In this document: positions 52,667-64,000 of the stretch, piece by piece
How positions within the stretch are numbered: the stretch's first letter is position 1
Layout: each line of letters starts with the position of its first letter
NCBI GenBank assembly: GCA_050273025.1
Contig: CP158635.1
Span: 8,928,001 to 8,992,000, forward strand
Reading direction: 5' to 3'
Source of the DNA: Cenococcum geophilum
Taxonomy: Eukaryota
Length of the DNA: 64,000 bases
The notes under the pieces: generated by a model
The model's database searches: none
Seen by the model: only the letters and a program-made list of their open reading frames with translations
Told to the model about the DNA's origin: nothing
Made by a program: the position numbers and the translations under genes

Positions 52667-54469
52667 ATGGTCGGCAGCCAGCATTATGGCTTTAATGGTA
52701 ATCAGGATGTCTATGGGCTTGGGATTCGCATCGGTTACTACACACAGGCGTTATCGGTATGGGCAGCGAACCGTTTTGTGCCGGGCGAGGCCCCCTACCT
52801 CCAATCTGTCAATATTCTCTTCATGGTTGCCATGATATTTGGAACTGCTTTTCTCTGTCGGGATACGTCAAGCACCTACGCCGTGGAACCGTTCCTACTT
52901 ATTCAGATTACTTATCTCGTCGCCTACATCGGCACCAATATGTATGGCGTGAGTCTTCGACGCCAGGATGGACAACGTAAGGACAGTCTTCCATGGGTTG
53001 CTCCTGTCAAGCTTCAGTTGATGCAAGGGGTCTGTTTCATCGCCCTAGATGCATTCAGCATCTGGTATTGGTTTGTTGGAATAAATCAAATGAAGAGGAC
53101 TCCAACCCCTAATAATCAAACTATGGTGTACTGGCTGTATACTCAAGGGAACCTGCTTGGTTGGGTTAGAATTGCCAATCTGATTCTCTGTGTTCCTTGG
53201 ATTCTGGGTAGATGCTTCCGCTTTACTCTAAATGCCATTCGAGGTTACCGGAATCGTCAACTAGAGAAGGTTACCGAAGGAAACTTCATGAAGGCCCTTG
53301 AGAAGGAATTGCGGGAGGCACTACAAGATAGTGAAGACAGTCTACACGGCTGCGAAGATGAACTCCGCGTCTCTATGGAGAAGCGGCGCGAAGAGCAAGA
53401 GCAGAGCGACCCATTAGCCACTCGCTGTAGCACTCAAACCGGGAAGGACGACATTCTCCAAACAAGATCCGCTGAAAGAAGTGAAGGTTGTGATTGTAAA
53501 CGTGCGATTCCAGCCTCGACATCTCCACATAGCCCACTAGAAAAGATTGAACTGAACGAAGAGGATTTTGACTTCTCTGGGCCAACAAGAGTGAACACCG
53601 TAAATATATCCCAACCATCATCGCCAACAACCAAATCAAGCAAAACTTTCAAAAGTGGACCGGCGGCCATCTCACCATCCGGTACATCAATCATTCGACA
53701 GCCATCCGGATCTTCTTATAGCATCGATGCTCTCCTCTCAGCAAACACCTATCTCACCCGGCTATGCCCGCCACCTTCTCCGCCGCCTTACTCCCTCCTT
53801 CGTCTCCCCTACACCATCCTCACACACCCACACAGCCTTCCCCGCATCGTGACGCTCATCTATCACATCCCGACCTATCTTTTCCCAGGCATGCCTTCAC
53901 CAAACAAGCGAAGATGGTACAAAGGCTTCTTCAACTCCTTGACGCCTCAGCTGCCGCACCTCATGGCCTTCCTCTCACAGTCCTACTCGCGGCCGCCGCT
54001 GAGAACGTGGCCGGCGCTCCTGCATGCCGCGTTGACCTACCCCGCGTCACATGTGCCGACCGCCAACACGCTCGGCCTCGTGCAGCGGCTGCACATGACG
54101 GCGCACCCGCCGCCGCCGCCGGACCGCCGCGCCATCATCGGTGACGCCATCACCACCGCCTCTATCTTCATCCAGCTCGTCATCTCGACCGAGCTGACGA
54201 TCCAGTGGAACTATGTCAATGGCGTGCAGAGCATCTTGCCCGTCGGCCAGCTCATTCCGTTTAGTCTGGGTGTGGGCGCGCTAATCAAGGTGGTCTGGGG
54301 TGCGGTGTTTGAGGAGCAGGAGGAGGGGTGCAGATTAGTATGCCGTGAGGCGGAGAGGAAAGAGGAGTGGAAGGAGGTGTCGAGGTTGTTCTTTGAGCTT
54401 GTGGAGAGGCAAAGTAAACCGCCCGTGAAGGCAGACGAAGAGCAGAAAGAGGAGAAGGTCGATGTTTAA
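52667..54469 (+). CDS. Uncharacterised membrane protein (600 aa, single exon)
   Basis: Long ORF. N-terminal GNQDVYGLGIRIGYYTQ, ~5 TM segments, a Ser/Pro-rich loop, and C-terminal ELTIQWN..GQLIPF plus TM. Confidence 0.82.
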   Translation: MVGSQHYGFNGNQDVYGLGIRIGYYTQALSVWAANRFVPGEAPYLQSVNILFMVAMIFGTAFLCRDTSSTYAVEPFLLIQITYLVAYIGTNMYGVSLRRQDGQRKDSLPWVAPVKLQLMQGVCFIALDAFSIWYWFVGINQMKRTPTPNNQTMVYWLYTQGNLLGWVRIANLILCVPWILGRCFRFTLNAIRGYRNRQLEKVTEGNFMKALEKELREALQDSEDSLHGCEDELRVSMEKRREEQEQSDPLATRCSTQTGKDDILQTRSAERSEGCDCKRAIPASTSPHSPLEKIELNEEDFDFSGPTRVNTVNISQPSSPTTKSSKTFKSGPAAISPSGTSIIRQPSGSSYSIDALLSANTYLTRLCPPPSPPPYSLLRLPYTILTHPHSLPRIVTLIYHIPTYLFPGMPSPNKRRWYKGFFNSLTPQLPHLMAFLSQSYSRPPLRTWPALLHAALTYPASHVPTANTLGLVQRLHMTAHPPPPPDRRAIIGDAITTASIFIQLVISTELTIQWNYVNGVQSILPVGQLIPFSLGVGALIKVVWGAVFEEQEEGCRLVCREAERKEEWKEVSRLFFELVERQSKPPVKADEEQKEEKVDV

Positions 54470-54834
54470 GACGGAGTTGGGATGGAGGTTTGCGACCTCC
54501 TGGCACGCTTTAGAGAGAACTGGAAGTACATGAAACGCCACCGTTCCCACACTATAGACTGTACATGTATGCCACTGTGCTTGGGATTATTCAATGTATG
54601 ATATCCTATATAGTGCTTGTATCAAATCTTGTTTACGACACCATCTAATTTGGCCCGTTTAGCTGCAGGTCTATCAGTCTCGGTCTCGCTCGGCAACTCT
54701 TCGGGTCTATGCTTTACTAGGTCGCTTGGATTTGTTGATTCTATCGATAATGCGGCGTGGTTCCTTCGCTACTTAACATCTACAACACCAGCCTTCACAT
54801 CCCTCAGCTTCCATATCCCCCTGCCATACACCCA

Positions 54835-55848
54835 ATGAAGCTCTCCTCAGTAGTTGCTCTTTTTTCCGTTGCCACGTCTGCATTAGGAGAAAAGCCTGTA
54901 CTAGCTACATCCGACGGCTCAACCGCCGAGGCAGCTTTGACGCCCAACTTCTCAGCCTTATCCCAGAACGCGCTCAACCAGCTCTCATCTCTCGTGCAGA
55001 AATCCTCCATCTACCTTGCAGACACTGCAATTTCCGCTTACCAAGCATCATTCAAGTCTTGTCTCGCCTCCGCTGACTGTAATAAATTCTCCACAGAAGT
55101 CCAAGAGAAGCTTCGTGAGGCCCAAGATGGCGTTCTTGCAATCGACTATAATAAACTCTCCACGGACGCGCAAGAGAAGTTTCGTGAGGTCCAAGACGTC
55201 GTTTTTGCAATTGACTACAAGAACCTCCCCACAGATGTGACAGATTGGATCATAGCGCACCCATACCAAACTGCTTTCCATGTTGCCGGTGGTGTAGTGT
55301 TTTTTGCACCGGGCCTTGTGTCCACCCCACTGCTTGGAGCGCTTGGGTGGACGAGCATTGGGCCACGCGCAGGTACTATTCTCCTATTCTGGGATTTGCA
55401 CTAGTAATAATAAATGCTCTACCTCGCCCCCCCCCCCACCTTTTTTTCTCAATACGATCTTGAGCATCAACGGCCCTGTTGTCCTGCTCCACCCCTATCC
55501 CAACTTCTCCTAGCACTGCCACCCCGGTGTCAGTGTTTGTTACTTGCCCATTTCGTTTTATACCACTTACTCCCTAGAATCTTTGACTGACTTTTCTTTT
55601 TTCATTTCCTAGCTTCCGTTGCTGCGGGCATTCAAGCCACATTGGGCACTGGCGCGGCCGGCGGTATCTTCGCGACGTTGGAAAGCGCGGCGATGGGCGG
55701 ATATGGAGTCGCTCCTGTGGCATGGAGCACGAGAGCCGGAGTGGGGGCTTTTCAGGCAGCATCGTGGGTTTGGGGAGGAGAGAAGCAGAAGGCTGAGGAT
55801 GCAAAGGACGAGAGCGGGGCGGAGACGCCGGAGAAGAGCAATTCATGA
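54835..55848 (+). CDS. Secreted/membrane protein with 23-aa repeats and Gly/Ala-rich (IFI6/IFI27-like) C-terminus, 2 exons
   Basis: MKLSSVVALFSVATSALG signal peptide. Intron 55373-55612 joins LGWTSIGPRA to ASVAAGIQATLGTGAAGGIFATLESAAMGGYG in frame. Confidence 0.75.
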
Positions 55849-56142
55849 GTGGTGCGGTTTGTTATGGGGTGGTGACTGCTTGGGTAGAGGCTTTGACTTT
55901 GATGGCAGCCATTGAGCTCGAGATGGTCCCAGTGCGAGTAATAGTGCATGGAACATTAAACTACTTTTGTCATTAAGGCGATAACATCAAGGGGAAAGGC
56001 GTTAATAGGCTTAAGTCCGTTTCGAAAGACATGCCACTGAGATCAACGTTATCTATTAATACAGAAGTTAAAAACTAGATGGAATTCCAATGAAAATTGC
56101 TCCGCCCCTTATGAGTTAAGACGCAGAACCATTGTTTCCACT

Positions 56143-58815
56143 TTACATAGTCGCTCCGGCAGGTGTGGCTCCATCGGCATCCAACAATGCCGCCTCCTCG
56201 TCATCTTTGGGCTTTACTAGTTTGATGGTAACGTCTTGATCCTTCGAATACACGCGAAGGCCGATAACACAAACCGCATTCCAAGGATTAATCTTTTCCT
56301 CGGCGGGAGGAGGATTGGCAGCAGGCTGAGGAGCAGCGTCGGCGTCCTCGAGAGAAGGCCCACCGTCTGGGTCCGCGCCAACCTCGGGCGGGGTTGGATA
56401 GTCCGCGGCGGCGCTTGGTTTAGGAGCGGCGGGCGCGGTCTTCTTCTTGTGTTTTCCAGTCTCCTTAGCTCCATTCTCTTCTTCTTCCTCTTCCTCACTT
56501 TCTTCGCTCTCTTCCTCATCTTCACTTTCATCTACCCCCTCACCTTTCCCATCTTCTCCTTCCTTGCCTTCTTCTATATCTTCTTCCGATTCCTCTTCCT
56601 CCGACGACTCCTCTTCCTTCTTCTCTTCCTCCTTTGCTTCAGGCTTATCCTTCTTCTTCTCCGCAACCTCTTCTTTCTTGGCCTTCTTCTTCCCCTTATG
56701 CTTCGGCTTCTTAGCTTTCTTCTTCTCGGCCTTCTCCTTCTCAGCCTTCTCCTTTTCAGCCTTCTCCTTTTCAGCCTTCTTCTTGGCCTCCTTCGCCTTT
56801 TTCTCTTCCTCCGTCAACTCCACAACACCCTTCGCATTAGCCATGTCATAATTCATGCCGATCTGCCTTAGTTTCTGCGGATTCTTCTCCGCCAACTCCT
56901 TTACCACATCTTGCACCTCCGGCTTGGTCGGAATCTTTATAGCCGCAACCTTAGGCAGGACTTCGTAGCGTCCAGGCTCCAGGTCCACTTCGGCGCTGAT
57001 GGACCTGTTGCCGAACCAGGCGCCGCGGGCACGCACGATGTGGTCGCCCGCTTCGGCGCCTTCTTCCTGCAGCAGGAAGTGCAGGTCGAACCTGTACTGG
57101 CCTTCGAGGCCTCTGAAGTAGCGGTCGTCAAGCTGGGACAACCCGGTTAGCGTCAATGGGATTCTGTGATTCAGAACTAGCGCAGACGAACCTGTGAGAG
57201 CACAAACACGGTCGGGCCGGCCTTCTTGATCTCTACCAGGAACTTGGTGTTGAGGTAGCCGCTGACCCACGACACGTTGACGCTGGCCCATTGCTGGACG
57301 ACCGTCCACTCGTGGTCGAAGAGGCGTGTGCGGTCGAGCATCTCGAATTTACTGCGGAGGTCGTCGTACGACATCCAGAACTCGCCGTCGTCGCCGAAGC
57401 GGTGGTTGAGTTTGCTCATCCAGTACGGCGTCCATTCCTTGGAGCCGTCGCTCCACGGGCCGTTCCATTCGCCGATGCCGTTCCAGGCTCTCTTGCCCCA
57501 GGGATTTCTAAAGTGATATTGTGTGAGCCAGGACGTGCCGGTGAATTTGGCGAGGGGCTGTCTTGGAATACTGAAATGCTTACCTTATTAACACCAGCCT
57601 AACTTTGTTGCCCTCCTCGTCCTCCTCTTCCACGGCCTTGAGAATGGAATATGCGTGACTGAGGGCAAGACCTCTTCTGGCTTCAGAATCAGATCCGAGC
57701 CACGGCGACGATGCTGCGAAAATGAACTGCTTGTTGACATTCAAGAGTTCCTTCCAGAGCCTCTCCTTGCTCAGAATCTTGTTAGTCATGATGTTGGTTG
57801 TCACACCACCCGTCATATCCTCAACTGCCTCTCCAGAAATTCCGCCTTCAATGGCTTCGTAGTCACCATGTACTTTAGCGTACGCTTTCTCCAGCAGTGG
57901 AAGCCAGATTTCATTCGCGTCCGCACATTTGGCGAAGTAGAGAGCATCGGAGCCTGTTTGGTTGTTCTTCTTGTACTTGCGCTCCTTTTCGCCGCTGGCA
58001 TCGTAATTATCGCCAAAGACATCGAAATCCTCATTTGTAAGATAAAGGTTGTCGTCGATGACTGTGGAGACCCACTCTCCGTCGCGATGAAAGACGAAAC
58101 CATAAACCCCGCATTCTTCATCACGGGCAACGCAAACCTTGTCCATCAGCTTCTCGAGGCTGCAGAGTGTAGCGACGGCTGCAATCCACCAGCAGTCTCC
58201 GTTTCTACCTTGGCGTACGTCAGAGCTCGAGTAGCCGTCTACCACAAACGAAGGATTCTCATAGATCCATTCAACTCTGTGAACGGAACCTGGTTCAGAA
58301 GAGCGAGAGCTGCCAACGTAGTCGAAACATTTGCTGAGGAGGTTCATGTCCAGCGAGACTATAGGACTAGCCAGAATGCCGGAATCCTTAAGCGTGTTCA
58401 GGCATTGCTTGAGCTGAAAAACGCTAACAGGGCTCGCACTTGAGGGGCCAGAGTCCTCATCATCGTCAAAACACGATAGCAATCCCTTCAAGCAATTCCC
58501 CCGCCTGAAGTCCCCCTCAATGTCGAAGTCGGGATCGGTGAACTTCTCGTTGGTGCGGTTGCACTCCCGCACAATGCGTTTGACCTTGTTCCTACATTCC
58601 TCCGCCGCAGCCTCATAGCTCTCGGCCGCATTTTTGCCTTTGGCTGGCCCCTTCTTGTGTCTTGGCGGGAGGAGGTTGGCGTATAAGCTCGGGGGAAAGA
58701 TCGAGGTGACCTTGCCCGGTTTCTTGGTTATCAGGCTATCCCAAAACTCGTTGAGGGTCTGCTGAGGATCTTTGGCCGCTGGCGGGTCCTCGGAAATTCC
58801 AATATCAGAGGCCAT
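56143..58815 (-). CDS. Calpain-like cysteine protease (peptidase C2), 3 exons
   Basis: DVRQGRNGDCWW (Cys), LLEKAYAKVHGDY, SHAYS (His), R|NPWG (Asn), DDGEFWMS. Lys/Glu low-complexity C-terminal region. Confidence 0.93.
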
Positions 58816-61800
58816 CGCAGGGAGTAGTGGTATTCACAAGACGCTGGGTATGGATAGAGGAGAATTGCCCGCTCGACGAAGCGGGGGAGCTGTTGTTAAT
58901 TAGATGCGCTATCAGCAATGCTGCACGGACGGTTTGGGGGCCAGCCCACCTAGCTAGCTACCATTGGGCCAATTCGCCCATGTCCGGGAGGAGACTTCAG
59001 CCCCCGCGTGTCGGAGACTGCGAAGTCAATAAATGTTCGCCGATTGTGCATGTGCTTCGTTGTTCATGCCGTTAGGCAACATCTCTCCAGTCTAGCTTTC
59101 ATTATTATCTGTGGGTTTGGGGCAAGTAGCGTGTGGTTGCGGCTTACTGGTAGCTTCACTTAAGCTGAAAAACCTGGGGCGGGGTTTGCAAATGCGGGGT
59201 TAAAAGCCAATAAACTTGTCTGCTTAGGCACACCGCAAAGCATTACCAATCTTAAACTACCCTGGCTTAACACCACCAGAGCGAGCATAGCATCGCCGGT
59301 AAAGCTAAATTTAGCTTTATCTACCTACTTAGAGTCACCTATATAAACCTACCATCACAGTGACCTCGATGTACAAATTTTCCATGCTTCAGGGAGATTG
59401 AGAGTGTTGTACGAGGGATGGGTTATCTTGGAGAAGATCATTCTCTTTTTATTTCAATGACATATCCTTCCTCCGGCTATCCTTCACGATATTGGTAATT
59501 TTTTGCTTCGTTGCGGACTCTAAACGCTCCAATCTTGATCAAGTAGAGCATGCTAACGGTAGCGCTGCTACGGCGGCATGTAGTGCAACCAGCCGTTATG
59601 AGTTGCACCGTCGCCAGATAGTGCAGCTTGGTAGGGTTAGAGTTAGGTAGCAGCACTGGAGAACGGAGAAGTGCAGTAGTGGCGTGAAAATCGTCCGTCA
59701 GCGGATACTAAAATCCCGCCTTGCTTACCTGTGATCAAGCGTGTCTGAGACGGAGTATTGATCTGTAACTAAATCTGACTTTGGGTGGCTTCGGTGATAC
59801 AATGGCGCAACGACTAACCGCAAGAGGCGCCTTGATTGATGAGTTTTGATAGTTTCATGCAACAGCTTCTCTTTAAAAGATAGCTCCTCTATAAGAGGAT
59901 AGTCCGAATAGTCATATGGGCAAAGAAGAGTGGATTGAGATCTTGCTGCAGCGATGCTATCATATGGTGCTGGGCTGTTTGTAATTCCATGCGCCTGATT
60001 GCATGAAGCGGTGGATGGGTGTAGTGGAATGGCCAGGCAGATGTGATCAAGTGCTCACGTTGGCGGATTAGGAAATCGCGATTCTGAGCGCGAGGCGTGA
60101 GCTTGACAATGGGGAGTATTTAGAGTGATGTGAGATATAATGTGATCGGGTAAGCCGTAAATCGGAATTCAACTGCAAGCCTAACCGAGGATCATATTAA
60201 CGAACGTAATTTTCACCGGATAGCTGCAGTATCTTGCCTGTGCCCAGAGATCCGTCCGGTGAGATATGCATGTGAAGTTTCACGGAGAATCTAGACCAGT
60301 AACAAATTTGTCCAACTAGGTACCGAAATCGCGTCCGTAAGAATACACAATTTACCTCCCACCGTATTGAGACGATAAAAGCATCAAAGTATGCTTCAAC
60401 AACAGCCACGCAAAAAAATCCACAGGGTTTGATACATTGAAATCCTGCAAAAAACCAACGACAACGCGCGGTCTTACATGGTAGGGTCCTGAAAAGGCAC
60501 GGAAATGATTAGAAATTACGGGAAGGGGAAGGAGGCAGTGGTACAATTGAAGGTTCGTAGGCGAGTACAGGAAACTTTTTCAATCAACAGGCTGAAACAA
60601 GGGCAATGGCCCACTGATGGCGTGAAAGAAAGCGGTGAGATGCCACGAAGGATGCTGACTCCAGCGGACCAGATGGAACATTCCCCCACGCCACATCCAA
60701 AACCGATCTAGAGCAGAAGTTCAAGTTTGCTTTTTGGTGTACCGATTGCGAGGCCAAAAACGAAAAGGACGAGATAGCCGCCAGGTTAACTCCGGGAGAA
60801 AAGGTATCCACCAGAGGCGCCGCAAATTCCGCAAATACCCGACTGGACTGCCCAGCAGACATTAGAAAACATAGAAAACCGACAGGGAGATTGGAAAGCC
60901 GATGGGAGCGATCGAGGCGCCGTGACAAGGCCCTCATGCAACGAAATGTGACAGAGATCTTGGGGAACCGACAGCGTGGACTTGGGGATGGGGCATCCCT
61001 GCCGGCTGGCGACGCAAAACGCAGATCGTCACAGCACACCACAGGGGTCCAAAATCATCTGCGGTCGCTCATCATTAGCATTCGCTTGTCAGCTTTCTTC
61101 TCCTCATTCCTTTTCTGCTGGGTGCTCGCCCTTTCGCCGTCGTGGGAATGCCGAATGCCATGCGCATAAGCAGCCAATTGTATCATCTTCAGGCTTTCTT
61201 TTTTTCTCCTTTTTTCTTCCTTTTTTTGTTTAATTAAATTTCTTCGGGTTTCTGGTCTCCGGCGGTGCAGTTTGGAATGCAGCCGCACCACGTGGGAACG
61301 ATGCGTAGGAAAAGAGAGCTTTTGGGTTTAGGGGTTTGTGCGTACCGCGTGTCAGCCAGCCTCCGCTTAAGCCTTGTACGTGCACGGCCTGCACGTCTTC
61401 AACTTGCAGTGTTGGCATTCGAAGATGTACCAGTGGGGCCCTGAGTGGCACATGTTGCAATTCCAGAGAATAAGGGTTGTGTCTGATTTGATCATTTTGA
61501 AGGAGTGTTCGCATTGGCCTGGAACTGCCATTGTCTCGAGTTGTAAGGCTGAAGGGCTGAACGGGTGTTGGAGGCCTGAAGCGATTGCAGATGCACGTTA
61601 GTGAGGGTGATTTGGGCGCGCAGCATATGTATAGTCTGGGGATGTGGAAGACTACTATGCGAGGACGTTGACGCACAAGACCTAGCCAACGTAAGGCGTG
61701 GGATGCGTGTTTCGACTGCGCTGACTTGAAGTGGCTGAGCAAAAGCAAAAATGGTAGGTGCAGATGAGTAAGGTGAATCGTATGCTCGAGGAAGGAAAGA

Positions 61801-63524
61801 TCTAAAGTCAAATGGTGGGACGTGGGCTCTGATTCGGTCACTGCCGGCGCGGAAACGGGTCAATCTTATATCTGGCCTTCGCCCTTATTAATTTGCTGCT
61901 ATCTCCACAGTGCGTACAAGAAAGCAAGTGCGTTGCCGAAACCGACTTTTTACAGTCTAACGAATTCGTGGTGGCCAGGCAAAACGGCCTTGAGTGGTGT
62001 CAAATGCGGACGGCCGTTGCATGGATAAAGCAGAAGATGGTCTCTTGGTCACACGCTGGGAGTAGAGTGGAATCTGCATCTTGCTCCCTATATCTGAGCA
62101 TCAGTGGCATCCTCCACAGCCCGCTACTAGGCCAAAAAGTGACCTGGCCCGATGAAAGCAAGAGGTGCTTGTCAAACTAGGACTGGCTGGCCCGCTGCCG
62201 CGGACATGGTAGTATCTCTGGGTAGCTGATCCTTGTTGCAGAGAAGCGTAGTGTCATGCTAGGCCCGAGTGATGACGGCGTTATGAGAGTGTTATGTTGG
62301 CGCATCGCATGTGTCACAGGATAGCAAGTACGGAAACTGGTACGAGTACTGGTGCAGGATAGGCGGGCCAGTGGCTGGACACTGCGAGTCTAGGAGAGTC
62401 TAAGGGAGGGAAGGGGGATGGCTGGAGGAAAGAGAGTCCACTCTGGGCCTTGGGATGGGGCGTAGCGGGCTGGTTTGGACAAATACCAGTGGGGATGGGC
62501 TTGAGGAGAAGGGGAGATGGGTTGCGGCGCGATGTACCGATGTTCAGGGACCAGCCAATCGCCGGCCTGCTACCAGTGCAATGGTTTGGGTTTGGGCTGA
62601 GCTGGGGTTGAGAATAAGGTTTGAGGTATGTGCGAGGGGATGTGCTTTTTTTTCTTTGCTGGCCGCTTGAGCACGACCGGCCGCGTGAGCTGCACGAGAG
62701 TATCTATACGGCCAAAAAAGCACTGCGAGAAAAGGTGCCCGGTGCCAGGTGCTGCCAGGTGCCCACCGCTGCCTGCTGCCTGCTGTCCGCCCGCTACCCA
62801 CATCCTGAACAGGCTCCTGCAAGCGGCCCTCCCCCCTGCCCCCCCGCTTCCTCCAAGCGCCACCTGGCCGCGGTCGAACCGGGTCAGCGCTGCACTCTGC
62901 GTTCTTCCTGCACTGTCTGCTTGCTTGCTTCCTACTTTCTTTTGTAGGCGGTCAGCCGGTTCACACGTCAGGCCCAAATTGGCGTCCTGCAGGGCGCCAT
63001 CGCGAACGTTGATTCTCCGCCTGCACGCCCACCTTTGCGGATCTCCTCCCATGGCCGCACCGCAACGAGAAATGTCCGATCGACCCATCGTCTGCCAGAG
63101 TCTGCGTGCAACTCGCCCCGTCGTCACAGCTGCTGCCGTCCGGCTACTGCCATCCCTTCACCCTTTTCCTCTCCATACCGTGGCGTGCATTCCGCTCCTC
63201 AACCGCTACTTCTGACGTTTCAATGGGGAAGCCTGCATCGATCTGGCTTGCATGGGCCAAACGCCCTGGCCAACCTCGCATGCCACAAAATCGCCCGTGG
63301 CAGGCCGATCTGCTGCAAGAATCACCGCGAAACCCGGTTCTGCTCGGCGGCTGCATGCAGCCTCATCTCATGGTCCGTCTTGGGCGCTCTTCGCTAAAGC
63401 ACATGTCCCACTAAAGGCCGTTCCATGGCCCTTGCCTCAAAGCCCCAGAATCTTCTTTGGGATGCGGGTATACCGGAAGTGGTTGACCTCGCTGGAGAGG
63501 CGGCTGCATGGCTTAAAGATTTGG

Positions 63525-63775
63525 ACTATGCGTTAATCCTTTAATGCTTGGCACAAAAAGTTCCCGTTTTTCCGCCAAAATAACGCTGACAATTTTAAAT
63601 GCAGTACTTTATAGCTTATTAAGCTTTATATTTTACATTATATGATTATTAAAGGAAAGCATATGGTTATAAAGTGATTGAGCTATAAAGCCATTGTAAA
63701 GTGCTACGTTCAACCCCGTTTTTGCGGGAAAAAGGGAATTTTTTGCGCCAAGCATTAAAAGGATTGACGCACACG
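63525..63775. mobile_element. MITE/foldback-like inverted repeat
   Basis: TGCGTTAATCCTTTAATGCTTGGCACAAAAA versus reverse complement at ~63740-63771. AT-rich spacer. Confidence 0.6.
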
Positions 63776-64000
63776 CCAAATTCCCCCATGGCCAAGGAGA
63801 CCGCCTTTTCCAAGGGATCAGCTCGTCAAAGTTGGTCCTGCATGCGGCACTGGCCAAGTCGTCTGCTGTATGCGACCGACCCGAAAGGGCTACAGAGACG
63901 TCGAGAGAATGCAGAGCCAGACCCTCCCCTGATTCACTATAATAGGTAGAAGCAAAATGGCTGTGGGGACATTGGTAGAGCGCGCCTAGTAATGCCAGAT

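Noticed and set aside
56236..56871. Hydrophobic plus-strand ORFs (211 aa, 134 aa)
   Set aside because: They are antisense shadows of the calpain Lys/Glu low-complexity tail.
59720..60060. Minus-strand splice-donor-like motifs
   Set aside because: I could not assemble a convincing reading frame.
60500..63536. Numerous overlapping 70-200 aa ORFs
   Set aside because: No domains and they overlap on both strands, as expected by chance in GC-rich intergenic DNA.
1..64000. tRNA, rRNA, CRISPR or telomere arrays
   Set aside because: None recognised by eye; tRNAscan-SE/Infernal would be needed to exclude small RNAs.

Overview
Filamentous-ascomycete (Pezizomycotina, inferred) genomic DNA in two compartments. 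Bases 1 to ~21.5 kb are an AT-rich, RIP-mutated nest of transposons whose order can be reconstructed from target-site duplications. The bottom layer is a Tc1-type transposase interrupted by three elements: (i) a Ty3/Gypsy element whose 569-bp LTR carries ~150-bp inverted arms and is itself invaded by a complete chromovirus and a LINE derivative, (ii) a TA-flanked pogo-TIR element carrying a Crypton tyrosine-recombinase/GCR1_C gene (MarCry-like) plus a MITE, and (iii) a complete Copia. From ~22 kb the region is genic: a doubly frameshifted HET gene, a DD34E transposon with an atypical 6-bp TSD and MITEs, MAM3/CNNM, a hypothetical protein, a PfkB ketohexokinase-like gene paired with an MFS sugar-transporter pseudogene, a small TE island, GH3 beta-xylosidase, DUG2, three uncharacterised membrane/secreted proteins and a calpain. 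The last ~5 kb look non-coding. All calls come from reading the sequence by eye; no database searches were run, and 'de-RIP' readings are my inferred reversal of C>T/G>A changes.
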